From Euprymna scolopes (Eukaryota), in assembly GCA_053919585.1 (NCBI GenBank), contig CM132797.1: DNA of 64,000 bases; one strand, given 5' to 3'. Positions 1 to 13,942 of the stretch are shown here, piece after piece. The notes beneath the pieces were generated by a model. That model was not told the origin of the DNA, made no database searches, and was given only the letters and a program-made list of their open reading frames with translations. The position numbers and the translations under genes were made by a program. The first letter of the stretch is position 1; every line of letters begins with the position of its first letter.

Positions 1-99
1 TTAAGCGTATTTTACGCCCGGGCAAAGCATGTCGCCCCTGATGCTAGTGATAATTTAATTTATAAAACTCACTATGTGTGTCTGTCTGGTGGATTTCAA

Positions 100-838
100 A
101 AATGCAATCTTGACGTGAGGACTCTTTAGAAGAATAATATGTAACAAAATGTTGTTTTAAATTTGGAAAAATATATAAAACGTATGGAAAGCTTCCGACT
201 ATTTTTGGACAATCTTGCATGAATCGAGCATCGGTGTTTGAGTAAGATAAACCATTCAAGGAAATCAAGGAATCTGTGAGGGATGATGAGAGTTGTTGGA
301 GGAGTTAAAAAATCAAAACACCATAGATGATTGGCAAAATAAATAATTTAATAGATAAGGACTGTCGTGTGTATATAGAGACAATAATTGTACACTTTGA
401 TATCAGTGTGGGAACTGTACACACAATTATTCACGAAAACCTGAAGATGCGGAAGATTTGCGCAAAGTTTATCACAAAGCTGCTCGGAACAGATCAGAAA
501 GAAATACTTTGTCATGACAGCAAGATAGGCTTCAAGACAATTCCTCACCCTCTCTATAGTCCAGCTTTGGCTCCCTGTGACTTTTGGTTATTCCCTAAGC
601 TCAAGGAAAACTTTAGAGGTTGTCGTTATGAGGCAATTGAATATATGAAAGAAGCTGTGCGAGGGTTATTGAAACGTTCACACAAGAGGATTTCAGATGA
701 GGCCTCCATAAGATTAGGAACGGTGAAACAAGTGCATTGCAGCCGTGGAAGCTTACTTTGAAGTGGAGTAGAGTTTCATGTTTGTATAAACAATAAAAGT
801 GCCTATATGAAAATCTTCTGGAAACCGTGAATGTATGA
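100..838 (+). mobile_element. Degenerate mariner transposase remnant (internally deleted)
   Basis: Translations include SVRDDE, ISVGTVHTIIHENLKMRKICAKF (HTH/linker) and PHPLYSPALAPCDFWLFPKLKE (YSPDLAPxD motif); stops and deletions present. Confidence 0.85.
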
Positions 839-1135
839 AATATATTAGATGTTAGTGAAGTTGAAGTACAAATGATGGTAAATGCAGAGAATAATGCATC
901 CAAGTTGAAATAAATATCTTAATAATAGAATAAAGTACAAAATAAAATACAACTAACGGTAAGAGTACAAAATAATGAAAACAAAAATGATAGTGGTTAT
1001 AAAAGAAACAAAAGAAAAGATAATGAGAATAGAAAATAAAATGATTGAATATAAATGAGGATCTATATAAAGAATACAAGTGCAAAATGAAGATGTAAAC
1101 ATGAATTATAGTGCAAATACAGAACTGCAAATAAT

Positions 1136-1473
1136 AAAATAATTGACGTGCAAAATAATTGACGTGCAAAATAATTGACGTACAAAATAATTGACGTACA
1201 AAATAATTGACGTTCAAAATAATTGGCGTACAAAATAATTGACGTACAAAATAATTGACATTCAAAATAATTGACGTACAAAATAATTGACGTACAGAAT
1301 AATTAACGTACAAAATAATTAACGTACAAAATAATTGACGTACAAAATAATTGATGTGCAAAATAATTGATGTGCAAAATAATTGACGTACAAAATAATT
1401 AACGTTCAAAATGATTGACGTACAAAATAATTGACGTACAAAATAATTAACGTTCAAAATAATTAACGTACAA
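1136..1473. repeat. Minisatellite, 16-bp unit AAAATAATTGACGTAC, about 21 copies
   Basis: Direct reading; the 16-aa period in the minus-strand ORF equals 3 x 16 nt. Confidence 0.95.
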
Positions 1474-1705
1474 ATACTATTGGATGTAGACATAAAATGA
1501 AAAAAATAGATGGTGAATACGAACGATTATAAAAATAATGTGTTTAAGTTAAAACTTAAATATAAAATGTATAGAAATAATTCTTATTAATTAAATAAAA
1601 TAATTTGGCGTAACATGATAATCTCCTGGAAGTCAAAGCTCAAATGAATTTACTACAAGACTATAACAAATGAAAACATGAGTTAATTGACACTTTAACG
1701 CGGTC

Positions 1706-1985
1706 GATTGGTTTGATTTGGTTGTTTTACGGTACATCAGGCCTTTTCGAGTTATTTAATGCTGACTCTAGTTATTTTGAAAACAGTTTTATTGCTTCAA
1801 GTTCTTTATATCTTCAAATATTTCTTGTAAAAAGGTGTATGTGAACGGGTATTTATATAAACCTATAATCTCCTCTTAATTTCTAAATATTTATTTTTAG
1901 AGTTTGGTTTGGTTGTTTTGTTTTACGACGTATTGCACCATTTTCGGGTTATTTAATGCTGAATCTAGTTATTTTGGATATAGTA
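1706..1985 (+). repeat. Two copies of a short dispersed repeat (GGTTTG..TTTTACGG..TTATTTAATGC..AATCTAG); third copy at about 12305-12385
   Basis: Three alignable 80-90 bp copies in the window. Confidence 0.7.
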
Positions 1986-3308
1986 TTCATATTGCATCCA
2001 ATTATTTTGTAAATTTTATTCTTCAAGTGTTTTGTATCTTCATTCAAAAGTTTTGTACATTTTAAGTTAGGAAACCAGTCAGAAAATGAGGGAGATAGAA
2101 AGAGAAAAGGAAAATGGGAAGAAAGAAAAGGGAGAAAATGTGAGTTGTTTTTGGGTTTTGATTTTGCAGAACAAAATTAAGTTTTGCAAAAGGAAGTAGA
2201 AAAATAAAAAAACATCGACATTAGGTGCATTTCATCTCAGGAAGCTAATATCTTCAGACAGCCCCATCTGGTAGCACCAGTAACTCGGTCGTAGCCAACG
2301 GAACGAGAACAATCTACTTTTAAATAAATGTACCAGTTAAGGAGAGTAGAAAGTGAATTTACTTTCGCTTTCTTTATGTTGTCCTTTAATCCTCATATTC
2401 CATTATCGATATTTATGACAAAGTGGGAAAAATTGCTGTTTTGGGGGGCTAAAATCTATTCCATCTAAGACTAATCGTTATCACGTTTTTGACATTGAAG
2501 TAGTATATATTTTAGCCCCTTACATCAAGTCGCTTCATGCATTGTCTTGGGCGATTTCCATAAAATATTCACTTATAAAGCCCAGAGAATATAATAAGAT
2601 TTCCAAGTACGAACAGATGCACCAAAGAAGGTCGGAGATTATATCGATCGGAACGCTGTGAAAATAAAACCAAGATTAGAATAGTAGTTGGAATAATCCG
2701 AATAATACAAGAATAAAACCATACAATTGAAATGTGATGGCAGTCGACAATGGCAGTAAAATGTAAAAACAATGACGCGTCCGGTACAAGTTATGGATTT
2801 TTGCAAATGGTGACATCTGGTCCTAGGCGACAGGTCTCCGAAAGAAGTCTTAATCGACTAAGCAGAGGTGAATTGTGAGGAATCGATCAAGGACTACTTA
2901 GGCTTTTAAATCATTAGCTAATCGATGGTCAATAAGAAAAGAAAGCGGACAACACATGTATGCACGCGTATATTTTGAATCAGACAAACTTGGTAATGCA
3001 TGTTCACAAAAGTAGCCAATACACACACTTCGGTGTGTACGTATGTATGTGTGCATGTGTATCTTTTGTACGCATACGATTCGTGTAGTATTCACATATG
3101 TTACGTGTGTTTCATTCAATTCTGAAACAAAAGATGGTGTCTGGAATAGCCTCGTTGTTCACTTTAACCCACATTACTGTATTGATATTCCCGAAGCGTT
3201 ATTCACTGATCAGGGAAATACGTATCCTGTTCATATGTAAATTACTGACAGGATATATAGCTCTACATTAATTACCATATGGGAAATAACAAATAATAAA
3301 AACCTTTT

Positions 3309-4178
3309 TATATGCTATACATATTTATATGCTATGCATATTTATATACTATACATATAAATATGCTATACATATTTATATGCTGCACATATTTATGTTA
3401 TACATATTTATATGCTATACATATTTATATGCTATACATATTTATATGCTTTATATATTTATATGCCATACATATTTATATGCTTTACATATTTATATGC
3501 TATACATATTTATATGCTATACATATTTATATGCTATACATAATTATATGCTATACATATTTATATACTGTAGATGTTTATATGGTCTACATATTTATAT
3601 GGTCTACATATTTATATGCTATACATATAAATATGCTATATATATTTATATGCTATACATATTTATATACTGTACATAATTATATGCTATACATATTTAT
3701 ATACTGTAGATGTTTATATGGTCTACATATTTATATGCCATACATATTTATATGCTATACATATTTATATGCTATACATATTTATATGCTATACATATTT
3801 ATATGCTTTACATATTTATATGCTATACATATTTATATGCTTTACATATGCTATACATATTTATATGCTTTACATATTTATATGCTATACATATTTATAT
3901 GCTATACATATTTATATGCTTTACATATTTATATGCTATACATATTTATATGCTATACATATTCATATGCTCTACATATTTATATGCTATACATATTTAT
4001 ATGCTATACATATTTATATGCTATACATGTGTATATGCTGTACAGATTTATATGCTCCACATATTTATATGCTATACATATTTATATGCTATACATAATT
4101 TTATGCTCTACATATTTATATGCTATACATATATATATATATGCTCTACATATTTATATGCTCTACATCTTTATATAT
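3309..4178. repeat. Minisatellite, 17-bp unit ATGCTATACATATTTAT, about 50 copies
   Basis: Direct reading; 17-aa periodicity in all three plus-strand ORFs. Confidence 0.95.
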
Positions 4179-5134
4179 AATTATTTAGAGTTTACAATAC
4201 GAATAAGAACAAACGTTTTTAAAATTTAAAAAATGTACTTATTTAAAGGATAAATTAGTAGAATTGTTTAATGTTTAAATTTTAAGATCCCAACACTTTG
4301 TTGCAGAGTACGTAGCAAAGAACATAGGACAAATAATGACTGAATTATTTTATTTTGTAACAAGTACTTTCCCTAATCAATTGTGATCGTGGTCATCCTT
4401 GCTACGCTCTATCCTATCGAAAGTCATTTCGAACGTACTCTCGATAGTGCTCTCGAATGTGATCGCCTGTCTGTGCACAGACGCATTTTATAATCTTTTT
4501 CTTCGCACGTGGTTCGGTATTTGAATGCGTCTGTTCGCGTTTTATTACAGATACAAGTAGGCGAGAGTGAGAGAGAGAGAGAGAAGGAAAGAGAGAAAGA
4601 GAAGAGTATACTTTGACGACGATTTTCTGAAAAAAATNNNNNNNNNNNNNNNNNNNNNNNNNNNNNNNNNNNNNNNNNNNNNNNNNNNNNNNNNNNNNNN
4701 NNNNNNNNNNNNNNNNNNNNNNNNNNNNNNNNNNNNNNNNNNNNNNNNNNNNNNNNNNNNNNNNNNNNNNNNNNNNNNNNNNNNNNNNNNNNNNNNNNNN
4801 NNNNNNNNNNNNNNNNNNNNNNNNNNNNNNNNNNNNNNNNNNNNNNNNNNNNNNNNNNNNNNNNNNTATTCGGGACCTCGGCAGAAGCGCTAGAAATATC
4901 TCCATTTCTTAATTTTACAAACAATTTATCTTTCTTAACAAAATAATATATTGAACGCATTCTTTTTTCCTTGTATCCATTTGTGAATTATTTAAGTGGA
5001 TTTTGCCTTTTGTATGACATCGAAATATATTCCAGTAACGCGATTTCTTCAGAATTTTACTTCTGGATACAAGACTTTTACCAACTTTTCTTGGATTTTA
5101 CCTTTATTGGATATTCTATTCTTTACTGAACCAT

Positions 5135-5411
5135 CCATTCACGTGAAATCATTTTTCTTTTTTCCCCACATTCTCTCTACTTCATTTTATTTTTTCACTT
5201 TTACCAAGTAAGTTCTAGAGCTTGTAGTTTCATTAAATTCTTTGCAATCAAAATCTGATTCTGCATTTTGCAAATTCCTACCCTCTACTAAGAAAGAAAG
5301 TATTTCTTTTGAAACTCCGCGAATTAAGGATAGTCCACTTGCGTTTGAAAATGAAATATTTTTTTAACTTTTCTTAACGTGTTTTAATATGTTTTATTAA
5401 TACATTGTTCT
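5135..5411 (+). mobile_element. Family A short element, copy 1, with decayed hammerhead motif (5279-5330)
   Basis: Aligns to 24581-24865 and to the reverse complement of 61400-61580; core decayed to CTACTAA, GAAACTCCGCG retained. Confidence 0.7.
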
Positions 5412-5496
5412 CACACACACAGACACACACACGCGCGCACGCACACACACACACTTACACACACACACACACACACATATATATACATATATATAT

Positions 5497-6232
5497 ATAT
5501 AATATAAAGCTGAACGTCTGTGTGTGTCAGGTCACGAATAGGCTCCTATATGGGTGACTATTATAGAAAACTGATCACATATAATGATAGAAGATGTATC
5601 GAGACACATGAATGGGTATGTTCGATCTGGCATAATGATGATTCATTAAAGTTGTGGGGTCTGCGTACGCGGCTGGTACACAAAGTATGGAAATAAAAAT
5701 TTAAAAATTAAAAAAAAAACTGTTTACAAGGGTTTTATATATATAGATGTACATAATAATACTTTGATAAGTATACTTTAACTTAAATAGGGATGGTATG
5801 ATAAAATTGTGGGGCCTGCGTTGGCGCCTGGCCTCCATAGAATGAAAATAGGCACAAACTTTAAGAAAGAAGTATACTTTGATAATTATGTTTCAGTTTG
5901 AAAAAATATGGTATAATAAAATTATGGAGTGTTCTTTCGCGCTTGACTTCCATAGAATGGAAATATGTCACAAAGTTTAACAAGTTTTTTTTAATATAGA
6001 TCCACAGAATATTGTGATAAGTGTTTCAGTGTTAACATGTATGGTATAATAAATTATATGGTTTATCTATTTTATTTTTACTTTCATTATATTTTTCTTT
6101 GAGTTTGATAGCCCCGAATTTAAGCTATCTCTTTACAACCCTTCCTTTTCATAACCTATCATATTTTCATAAATCAGAGTCCATTTTCTGTAGGCTGTTT
6201 TTGAACCCAGTCAACGGCGGGTACTTTTGCTA

Positions 6233-6234
<2 letters not shown>
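5497..6234 (+). mobile_element. Non-autonomous Helitron-like element
   Basis: 5' ATATAATATAAAG..GTCTGTGTGTG head; 3' GC hairpin CCCAGTCAACGGCGGG then CTAG|T; internal imperfect direct repeats. Confidence 0.7.
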
Positions 6235-6297
<63 letters not shown>

Positions 6298-6429
6298 GTT
6301 TTATAGTTAAGAGGTAAGGTAACCATAGAAGTATAACAAGTTTAATACAGGAGTGTTCAATACCGAAGTAGAACAAATTATATAAATATTTTTTTACACA
6401 GGCAGGAATGTATTGCTACACAGTCACAC

Positions 6430-6490
6430 AGTCATGAGCATGTTTCGTTCAACTAGCTTTGAGAAACTAGAAACCTCTTCAGGCGGTTTT
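6430..6490 (-). ncRNA. Hammerhead-like motif (core intact, stems I and III decayed) in a ~290-bp segment between two (TA)n tracts
   Basis: Minus strand CTGAAGA-GGTTTCTAGTTT-CTCA-AAGCTAGTTGAAC-GAAA-CATGCTC. Confidence 0.5.
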
Positions 6491-6582
6491 GCTATATGAA
6501 AGCTATTTGCTTTCATATAGGCAAGACCGCTGAATAGGTCTGTCTATATAGACCTCTCTCTCTATATATACCTTTCAAATGA

Positions 6583-6667
<85 letters not shown>

Positions 6668-7874
6668 CAAAACCTCTGATCTGGATGGAGTACATACTCC
6701 TATTTGGGAAATATAGTACGATTTTGAATATCTTCAGTATCAAATAATTCTTATACATTGTGAAATTTACTTCATGTGTGCAAACCAAACAGGGGAGATA
6801 TAATATATGAAAACTATTTGGAATCAAGTCTCCTCTTGCTCTTATTTCAGATCATGGGAAACTATAGCAGCAAGTTTTAGTTTTTCCTCCATAAACCCCA
6901 GTGGTTTTCAGAAAATATCAGATATTTTGTAATTTATATGCTAACCTAGGAAAACAATGACTATGATTTAAACATTATATGACTGTCGTCAAGGGCCAAA
7001 AATAAGCTCTGGATGATGAATGATCCTCTTTTATGTGCGACCTCAAGGGCAAATGTCAACACTTACAACACAATTAATGTCAGACCTTTCCAACGAACCT
7101 TCATTTATTTAATTCTAATCAATAGTCGCTGAGATGTCGAACTCATAAAATTGCCTGAAAATTTAGCATATCCATGCTGGTAGACTAATCAGATATTGAA
7201 ATACACATATATTTAGTATTATTGGGAGAAACTCCATGAAAATTTGCAGGATTTTGATAGATCATGATACTATTCTATAATTTCAAACCAATAAAATATG
7301 GCCAAATGTGCCTACATGTGTATATATAGTGTTCTTCAGGGCAGCTTAACTTTTGCTACTTCGGCTGTCTCCCCTGTTGCNNNNNNNNNNNNNNNNNNNN
7401 NNNNNNNNNNNNNNNNNNNNNNNNNNNNNNNNNNNNNNNNNNNNNNNNNNNNNNNNNNNNNNNNNNNNNNNNNNNNNNNNNNNNNNNNNNNNNNNNNNNN
7501 NNNNNNNNNNNNNNNNNNNNNNNNNNNNNNNNTTAAGGATTTGCTAAACCGCAATATATGGCGTTCTGTCAAGTCTGGTGTGTAATTTTAAGAAACTCTT
7601 AGCCAAGTCAAATCATAGCACACATTTAAAGAAACCACACACACACAGACACACACACACATATATATATATGTGTGTGTTCCATACACACACACATATA
7701 TATGTGTGTGTGTGTATGTGTGTGCGTATGGTTGCTTTAAATGTGTGCAATTATTGGCCGAAAGTGAAAATGTGTGTGTGTGAGAATCTACAGACTTGCA
7801 ATAGGGTATATAAAGTATTCAGACATATGGAAAATATTTTAACCTTGTTTTCTCCTGAACAATAGCTACTAATG

Positions 7875-7935
<61 letters not shown>

Positions 7936-8542
7936 TTCGTTTAAATATGTGCAATGATTTGACTTTTATGAGAGTTCCGTAAAACTTACTTAGCAGACTT
8001 GACAAGACACCATATTTAGTGGCTTCGAAATTTTCTACTTGTTTCTCGTAAAGGTTTAGCAGAAGTTGGAATAAACCCTTTAGGTAAATTTAGTTGTCAC
8101 AGTTTAGTAATTTATAAATTCTTTTTTATCATAATATGCACAGCAAGGAGCGTATCTTTAATTTGATTGGCTGCATCCCTATTTTTTCTACAAGCTCTCT
8201 CTCTCTCTCACAGACTTTATGTTGCTAGTGTCAGTCTTTTCTATAAAACTCTTACGTAATCTATTTTTTTCAGAACTGCCTGATCTATTAACTGCATCCT
8301 TTGTTCCAGCTCGTTTTACTCGTTGGTCTAGTGGTCCTCATTAGTTTTTTGCATCATTGTAAAACAGTAGATTCTTTGTAATAATGGAACTCTCTTCCTG
8401 TTGAAACTTTTCTCCTACTTTTACCATGGTCTTTTGAAGACGAAATCAATAGGAATTTGCGATAATCAGCTTTGATGTTTTTTTTTTATACTTACATTCA
8501 GTAGCTTCAATTTTTGTCAGGAGCGATTTCAATTTAAACACA

Positions 8543-8627
<85 letters not shown>

Positions 8628-9805
8628 TGTCTTTCATATAATACACAAAATATTGATTTTATCTTTGAATATATTATTAACACCACATTACAAATCGTAT
8701 TAATTTGCATTTTCAGTTTCCATTTTTCTTAATTGAATTTGAATTTTAATATTCATCGATAAAACATGTATTAATTTACATGTTTTTGTTAAAGTTTAAT
8801 TCCAGAGCATCTTCCCATTGTAATAACTTATCAAAATCTCTCTTTCTGTGTGAAGTATTTCGTTTTGTTATGTTCCGAAAATTGGCGATCATATTTCATC
8901 ATATCTTACATAATACATATCAACATCAAGCTTTTATACTTAAATGCGAACATATCAGCGTTAGCTTTGTCAGTTATGACGTTATCTTTACAATATTTCA
9001 TTTAATCACCAGAATACGTCAAGAATACGCACCTGTTTTGATTTCGAGTAGAATCAACATGGAGCAACTTTGAGTACTTCAGGTGTGGAAATCCGATGTT
9101 TTCCGTGAAGCTATGTGTCTTCAAGGCAGGTTGTGCTTACCGACTTTGGAAAAAAAAAAGTTTTTTCTGACATAGCAGTAAACGGAATGTATTCTGTCCA
9201 GCGTTCTTCAGGGAGCAAATGAAATGCCCTCTGACATGGCGTAAGGGGCAGAGGAGGTGCAATGGCTGACGTGGCCATTATGTTACGAATCGCTCAAGAG
9301 AAGATGAATGAAATATGTATGCTAGTACTGAGGAAAATAGAAGGCTACCCACCATAAGGAATGTTAAGAGGTTTTTTGTTTCCCACAAAATACTAGTAAT
9401 AAGAGTAGGCTTATGATGAATAGGATAAGGCTTGGGATGGAAAAATTTTTTTGTGTGTGCTACCTATGGGAAGAAAAGCTGATCTGTAAAGCCAAGGACG
9501 ATGATAGTCCGTTTTGAAGAGGCAGATGGACCTCGATTTTATTATTCGGTTGATTGCCGAGAATTTATCGATCACGCGTAGTGTCGACGGGAGTAAAGGA
9601 TGAAGAGAGCATGGGGTCACAGGGAGTTGTTGACCTTCGAGGGCGCAAGGATTAGCGCCACATGGTATTATTTGTTGATATTATTTTACTCAGTATATTG
9701 AATAAAGGTATGACAGTTTTCTTTGCCAGTGGGGTGAGCATATATATCCCATTCTTAGTAAATGTGGGAAGTAAAAAAATGTATGCCTTCGCCATACATT
9801 TTGAT

Positions 9806-9825
9806 AAAAAGGGGGGGAAGGAATG

Positions 9826-9873
<48 letters not shown>

Positions 9874-10262
9874 GAGTAAACGCGGAGTGTAGACACGTTT
9901 ACAAGAACCGAAGGTCAGCTGACCAGATTACGTATATGTGACGTGGTCAGGTTGGCTAGATCTGAGAGATTTGATTTGGGCTTTGAAGAAGACAGACGGC
10001 TTTCCGTTGTCTCCCCCTCTTAACTGGGGAGGGGGGAGACGAACGCTAACGTGTGTAGAAGAAGAACCCCCACACAGTTCGATTTCACTTCCACCTTCTG
10101 CAGGACCTCTGGGGAACGTGAAATAAAAACTATAAAACCCATTCATCGTCTTGGAGTGATAAATCTTCGTCAAACAGGTATCAAGTCTCCCTCCAGGATG
10201 AGAAATTTCCAGATGGTCCAACATCGAAGAAGCAGAGGTAGGTTCTGAAATTACATGTCACA
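9806..10262 (+). mobile_element. Possible LTR remnant preceded by a polypurine tract
   Basis: AAAAAGGGGGGGAAGGAA directly before TGTTACA (9824); ends TGTCACA (10262); no TSD or partner LTR seen. Confidence 0.35.
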
Positions 10263-10381
10263 CACACGATTCCCTTTATGATAATCAAACACACAACCTT
10301 TATATTAGAGACAATCATACGCACATGGAATCGTTTTTATGTTATACACCAAAATGTAAATGGTGCTCCTCAATGATAACT

Positions 10382-10456
<75 letters not shown>

Positions 10457-10458
<2 letters not shown>

Positions 10459-10847
10459 TAGCAGGCCGCCCGGCGTTGCCCAGTCGTAAAATACTGTTAA
10501 TGCAGATTTCCTATCTATTATTATATTATATTTGTCACAGTATGTATAATAATGATTTAAAAAGTTCCAAATTAATACATGGTCCAATAACTATTACGTT
10601 ACGCATGCATATTAGTAATGCTCTCGTTCGATCTTCACCTGGCAAATTCCACTTTTTTAATTTTAAATTTGTAATCTGTAGCTATTTTCCCCGACTAAAA
10701 TCCAAATATAAAGTTTGGCATGGGTTCGAATACTTTATATATTAAATTCCATGTATGAAGGTTGACAGAGGAGTTTGGTAGGCAACAGTTTTAAACGAAT
10801 ATACACATATAAACATGCATGAATGTGATATTCGTGATATATAGAGA
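10457..10847 (-). mobile_element. Non-autonomous Helitron-like element
   Basis: Minus strand starts TCTCTATAT and ends CTGGGCAACGCCGGG hairpin ..CTAG|TA at a (TA)n tract. Confidence 0.65.
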
Positions 10848-10867
10848 AATAAGTTAGTATTACTATG

Positions 10868-11135
10868 AACTTTTTACGCAAATATTACGCAAGTATAAAT
10901 CATGTAGAACATCTGCGTGAATAAAATTACACGTAATAGTTAACTAAATATGATCATCCCGTAAGAAAACGAAAAAGAAAAATAGGGAATTAATTAAAAT
11001 GAATGTTTAAAAGAATATGTAAATTAGCTAGATCTTTTGCAGATGAATGCAATTCCACGATCCCTATATAAGAAAGTTGTCTTTTCTTTTTAAGTAAATA
11101 GAAGAATGGGTTTTTAATGTGAATATAAATACACA
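10868..11135. repeat. Dispersed ~270-bp AT-rich repeat; inverted copy at about 38135-38405
   Basis: Reverse-complement alignment (AAGTATAAATCATGTAGAA, ATGATCATCCC, AAATTAGCTAGATCTTT). Confidence 0.8.
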
Positions 11136-12439
11136 CACACAAAAAAATAAATAATAGGAGTATAGACATATGTGTGTATGTGTCTGCATCTGTTTATGAG
11201 TGTGTTTGTGTATGCAAGTTTATGTCTGCATTTCTTATTGGGGATATGGTATTTTGTTTGTTTTTTGGGTTTTTTTTAGCTTTACCTATTAACTATAAAT
11301 TAATACATAACTCACTTATAGTTTTTTTTTTCTTTGTACTGGCTTAAAGTGTACTGCTGCGTGTATCCTATACGTTTATTTCTATAACAAGTAACAATAA
11401 TACGATTAAATCCTAAAACCATAAGTTGTAATTAGAGAAGCATTAATTATCTCCCTTTAATAACCTTACGAAATGCTGATAAAATAAACTGGCAACATCA
11501 ATTATTTAAACCATAAAAGAGCCGTTAAATCCATAATTTCAAATTATACATAACAGAAACAATTGGACGCAGAATAAAAGAACCCATGACGATGTCAGTT
11601 TATGAGGAAAGCATAAATTCACAATTTGCTGCTTAAATATTTTTCGACTTCAGAGTAACTCTATTCCTGCTAATATAATTTAAGAACTACACATCGGAAA
11701 TTAATTTGAATGTATATTCACATTAATGGTTTAAGAGCTGTAAGATATACGAATATAAACTAAGTTTGAAAGATTTATCCCTGAACCTCTGAATCATGTT
11801 AAGAAAATAACTTCATTATTTGTAACGTCGAAGTTACAATCTCTATTAGGCATTGTTAATATATTTTAATGTTATCTGATATATAAAACACTATCTGTCT
11901 GTCTGTTTCCACATTTACAAACTCTATCTCTTCCGAAATTAAAAGTCGCAAAGCGGCGCTAGAGGCATTACATATTTTTTTATGGGTCGTTAGCCGGTTA
12001 AAATAGTTTTTAAGGGGGTCAAAAGGGGTCAAAATGGGTTAAAAAAATCGTTATACATTTTGTATATTAATCTTCATTTATTTGTACGTTTAATTTTAAA
12101 TCAGTCCACACGTGTGTCACGTTTATAAAGCGTTAACGTAACCAGCTCTGAATACTACAGTTTCAATTCTAGCTGATGGCATCCAAATACTATATTATTA
12201 TTTTTAAAATAACAACTATACAATAATATCTACGAAATATGTACACATGAAAATTTATAGGTTAACCATATTGTATACCTGGAAAAGCCGCTCTCAGCTT
12301 ATATGGTTGGTTGATTGGTTTTTGTTTTACGGCATATCAACTCTTTTCAGGTTATTTAATGCAGAATCTAGAGATTTTGAAGAAAAAGTTTTTAATGGAA
12401 TACATTTGTTATTTTCAAGTCGGTTTCTATTTAACCCAT

Positions 12440-12575
12440 AGTTGGGACCCTAAAAGGTACTACCACTCTGAGTCAGAGTGGACCTGGGAGAAATGGCGAT
12501 TAAAGGGTGGTTCCACACTCCCCAAAGCCCGCAAGATTGGGCCTCACCACCGGATATAGTTTAAGGTCATATCAA
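12440..12575 (-). mobile_element. SINE-like repeat fragment
   Basis: ACCACTCTGAGTCAGAGTGGACCTGGGAG..CCCCAAAG..GCCTCACCA resembles an abundant cephalopod interspersed repeat (recalled, not database-checked). Confidence 0.5.
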
Positions 12576-12761
12576 TTTATATGATATACACGGTATTACC
12601 ACGCTGTAACACAGGTTTGTATTGAATCACGGAAGTTAACCATCGGACTAAAATGGGTGACAACTTGGGAATATCAAGTTGTGTATGTGATATCTGCTTA
12701 TCTCAGCATTGTTTCCACTAAACCATGGACACATTCTTATGACTGCAATCAGGCAATAGCG

Positions 12762-13432
12762 ACTATTGCACAACATATGCGTCACTATTGCACAACATAT
12801 GCGTCACTATTGCACAACATATGCGTCACTATTGCATAACATATGCGTCACTAGTGCACAACATATGCGTCACTAGTGCACAACATATGCGTCACTATTG
12901 CACAACATATGCGTCACTATTGCACAACATATGCGTCACTAGTGCACAACATATGCATCACTATTGCACAACATATGCGTCACTATTGCACAACATATGC
13001 GTCACTATTGCACGACATATGCGTCACTATTGCACAACATATGTGTCACTATTGCACAACATATGCGTCACTATTGCACAACATATGCGTCACTATTGCA
13101 CAACATATGCGTCACTATTGCACAACATATGCGTCACTATTGCACAACATATGCGTCACTATTGCACAACATATGCGTCACTATTGCACAACATATGCGT
13201 CACTATTGCACAACATATGCGTCACTATTGCACAACATATGCGTCACTATTGCACGACATATGCGTCACTATTGCACAACATATGTGTCACTATTGCACA
13301 ACATATGCGTCACTATTGCACAACATATGTGTCACTATTGCACAACATATGCGTCACTATTGCACAACATATGCGTCACTATTGCACAACATATGCGTCA
13401 CTATTGCACAACATATGCGTCACTATTGCACG
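12762..13432. repeat. Minisatellite, 22-bp unit CACTATTGCACAACATATGCGT, about 30 near-identical copies
   Basis: Direct reading; 22-aa periodicity in the ORFs. Confidence 0.97.
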
Positions 13433-13652
13433 CGCAAGCATTCTTACAGGGAGTATTGATTGTCTTTCAAGACAAAACGGAAACCATTTAACATTAATGC
13501 GATATAATTGTCCACGTTTTAATAGGAAATTAATATGTGAAGATATCTATGTTATTTTTAACATAAAACTACAATGTTATGACTTATTGTGACTATAGTT
13601 ATATATAACTACTGCAAATTATGTACGTAAAACGTAAACCTATCGGGCAGCA

Positions 13653-13727
<75 letters not shown>

Positions 13728-13728
<1 letters not shown>

Positions 13729-13780
13729 CAGGTTGGTGTAAAAATAATGTCGTTTTTTACGTTCAGTTTAACGTCAAACA
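13728..13780. mobile_element. MADE1-like mariner MITE beside (TA)n; right arm runs into the N-run
   Basis: TA|TCAGGTTGGTGTAAAAATAATGTCGTTTTTT resembles the Hsmar1/MADE1 TIR; hairpin centre ACGTT-CAGTTT-AACGT. Confidence 0.65.
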
Positions 13781-13942
13781 NNNNNNNNNNNNNNNNNNNN
13801 NNNNNNNNNNNNNNNNNNNNNNNNNNNNNNNNNNNNNNNNNNNNNNNNNNNNNNNNNNNNNNNNNNNNNNNNNNNNNNNNNNNNNNNNNNNNNNNNNNNN
13901 NNNNNNNNNNNNNNNNNNNNNNNNNNNNNNNNNNNNNNNNNN

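Noticed and set aside
2215-2262. Minus-strand CTGAAGA..GAAATGCA motif
   Set aside because: Stem II is poor and stem I is missing; at most a highly decayed relic.
4478-4534. Hairpin ACAGACGCATTT..GAATGCGTCTGT as a pre-miRNA
   Set aside because: The clean stem is only about 12 bp with a large loop, and there is no other support.
12762-13432. CRISPR-like array
   Set aside because: The repeats are contiguous with no unique spacers, and the context is eukaryotic.
852-13592. Long ORFs of up to 305 aa at 852-1493, 3312-4229 and 12788-13592
   Set aside because: They are translations of 16-, 17- and 22-bp minisatellites; the peptide period equals the unit length and several frames are open.
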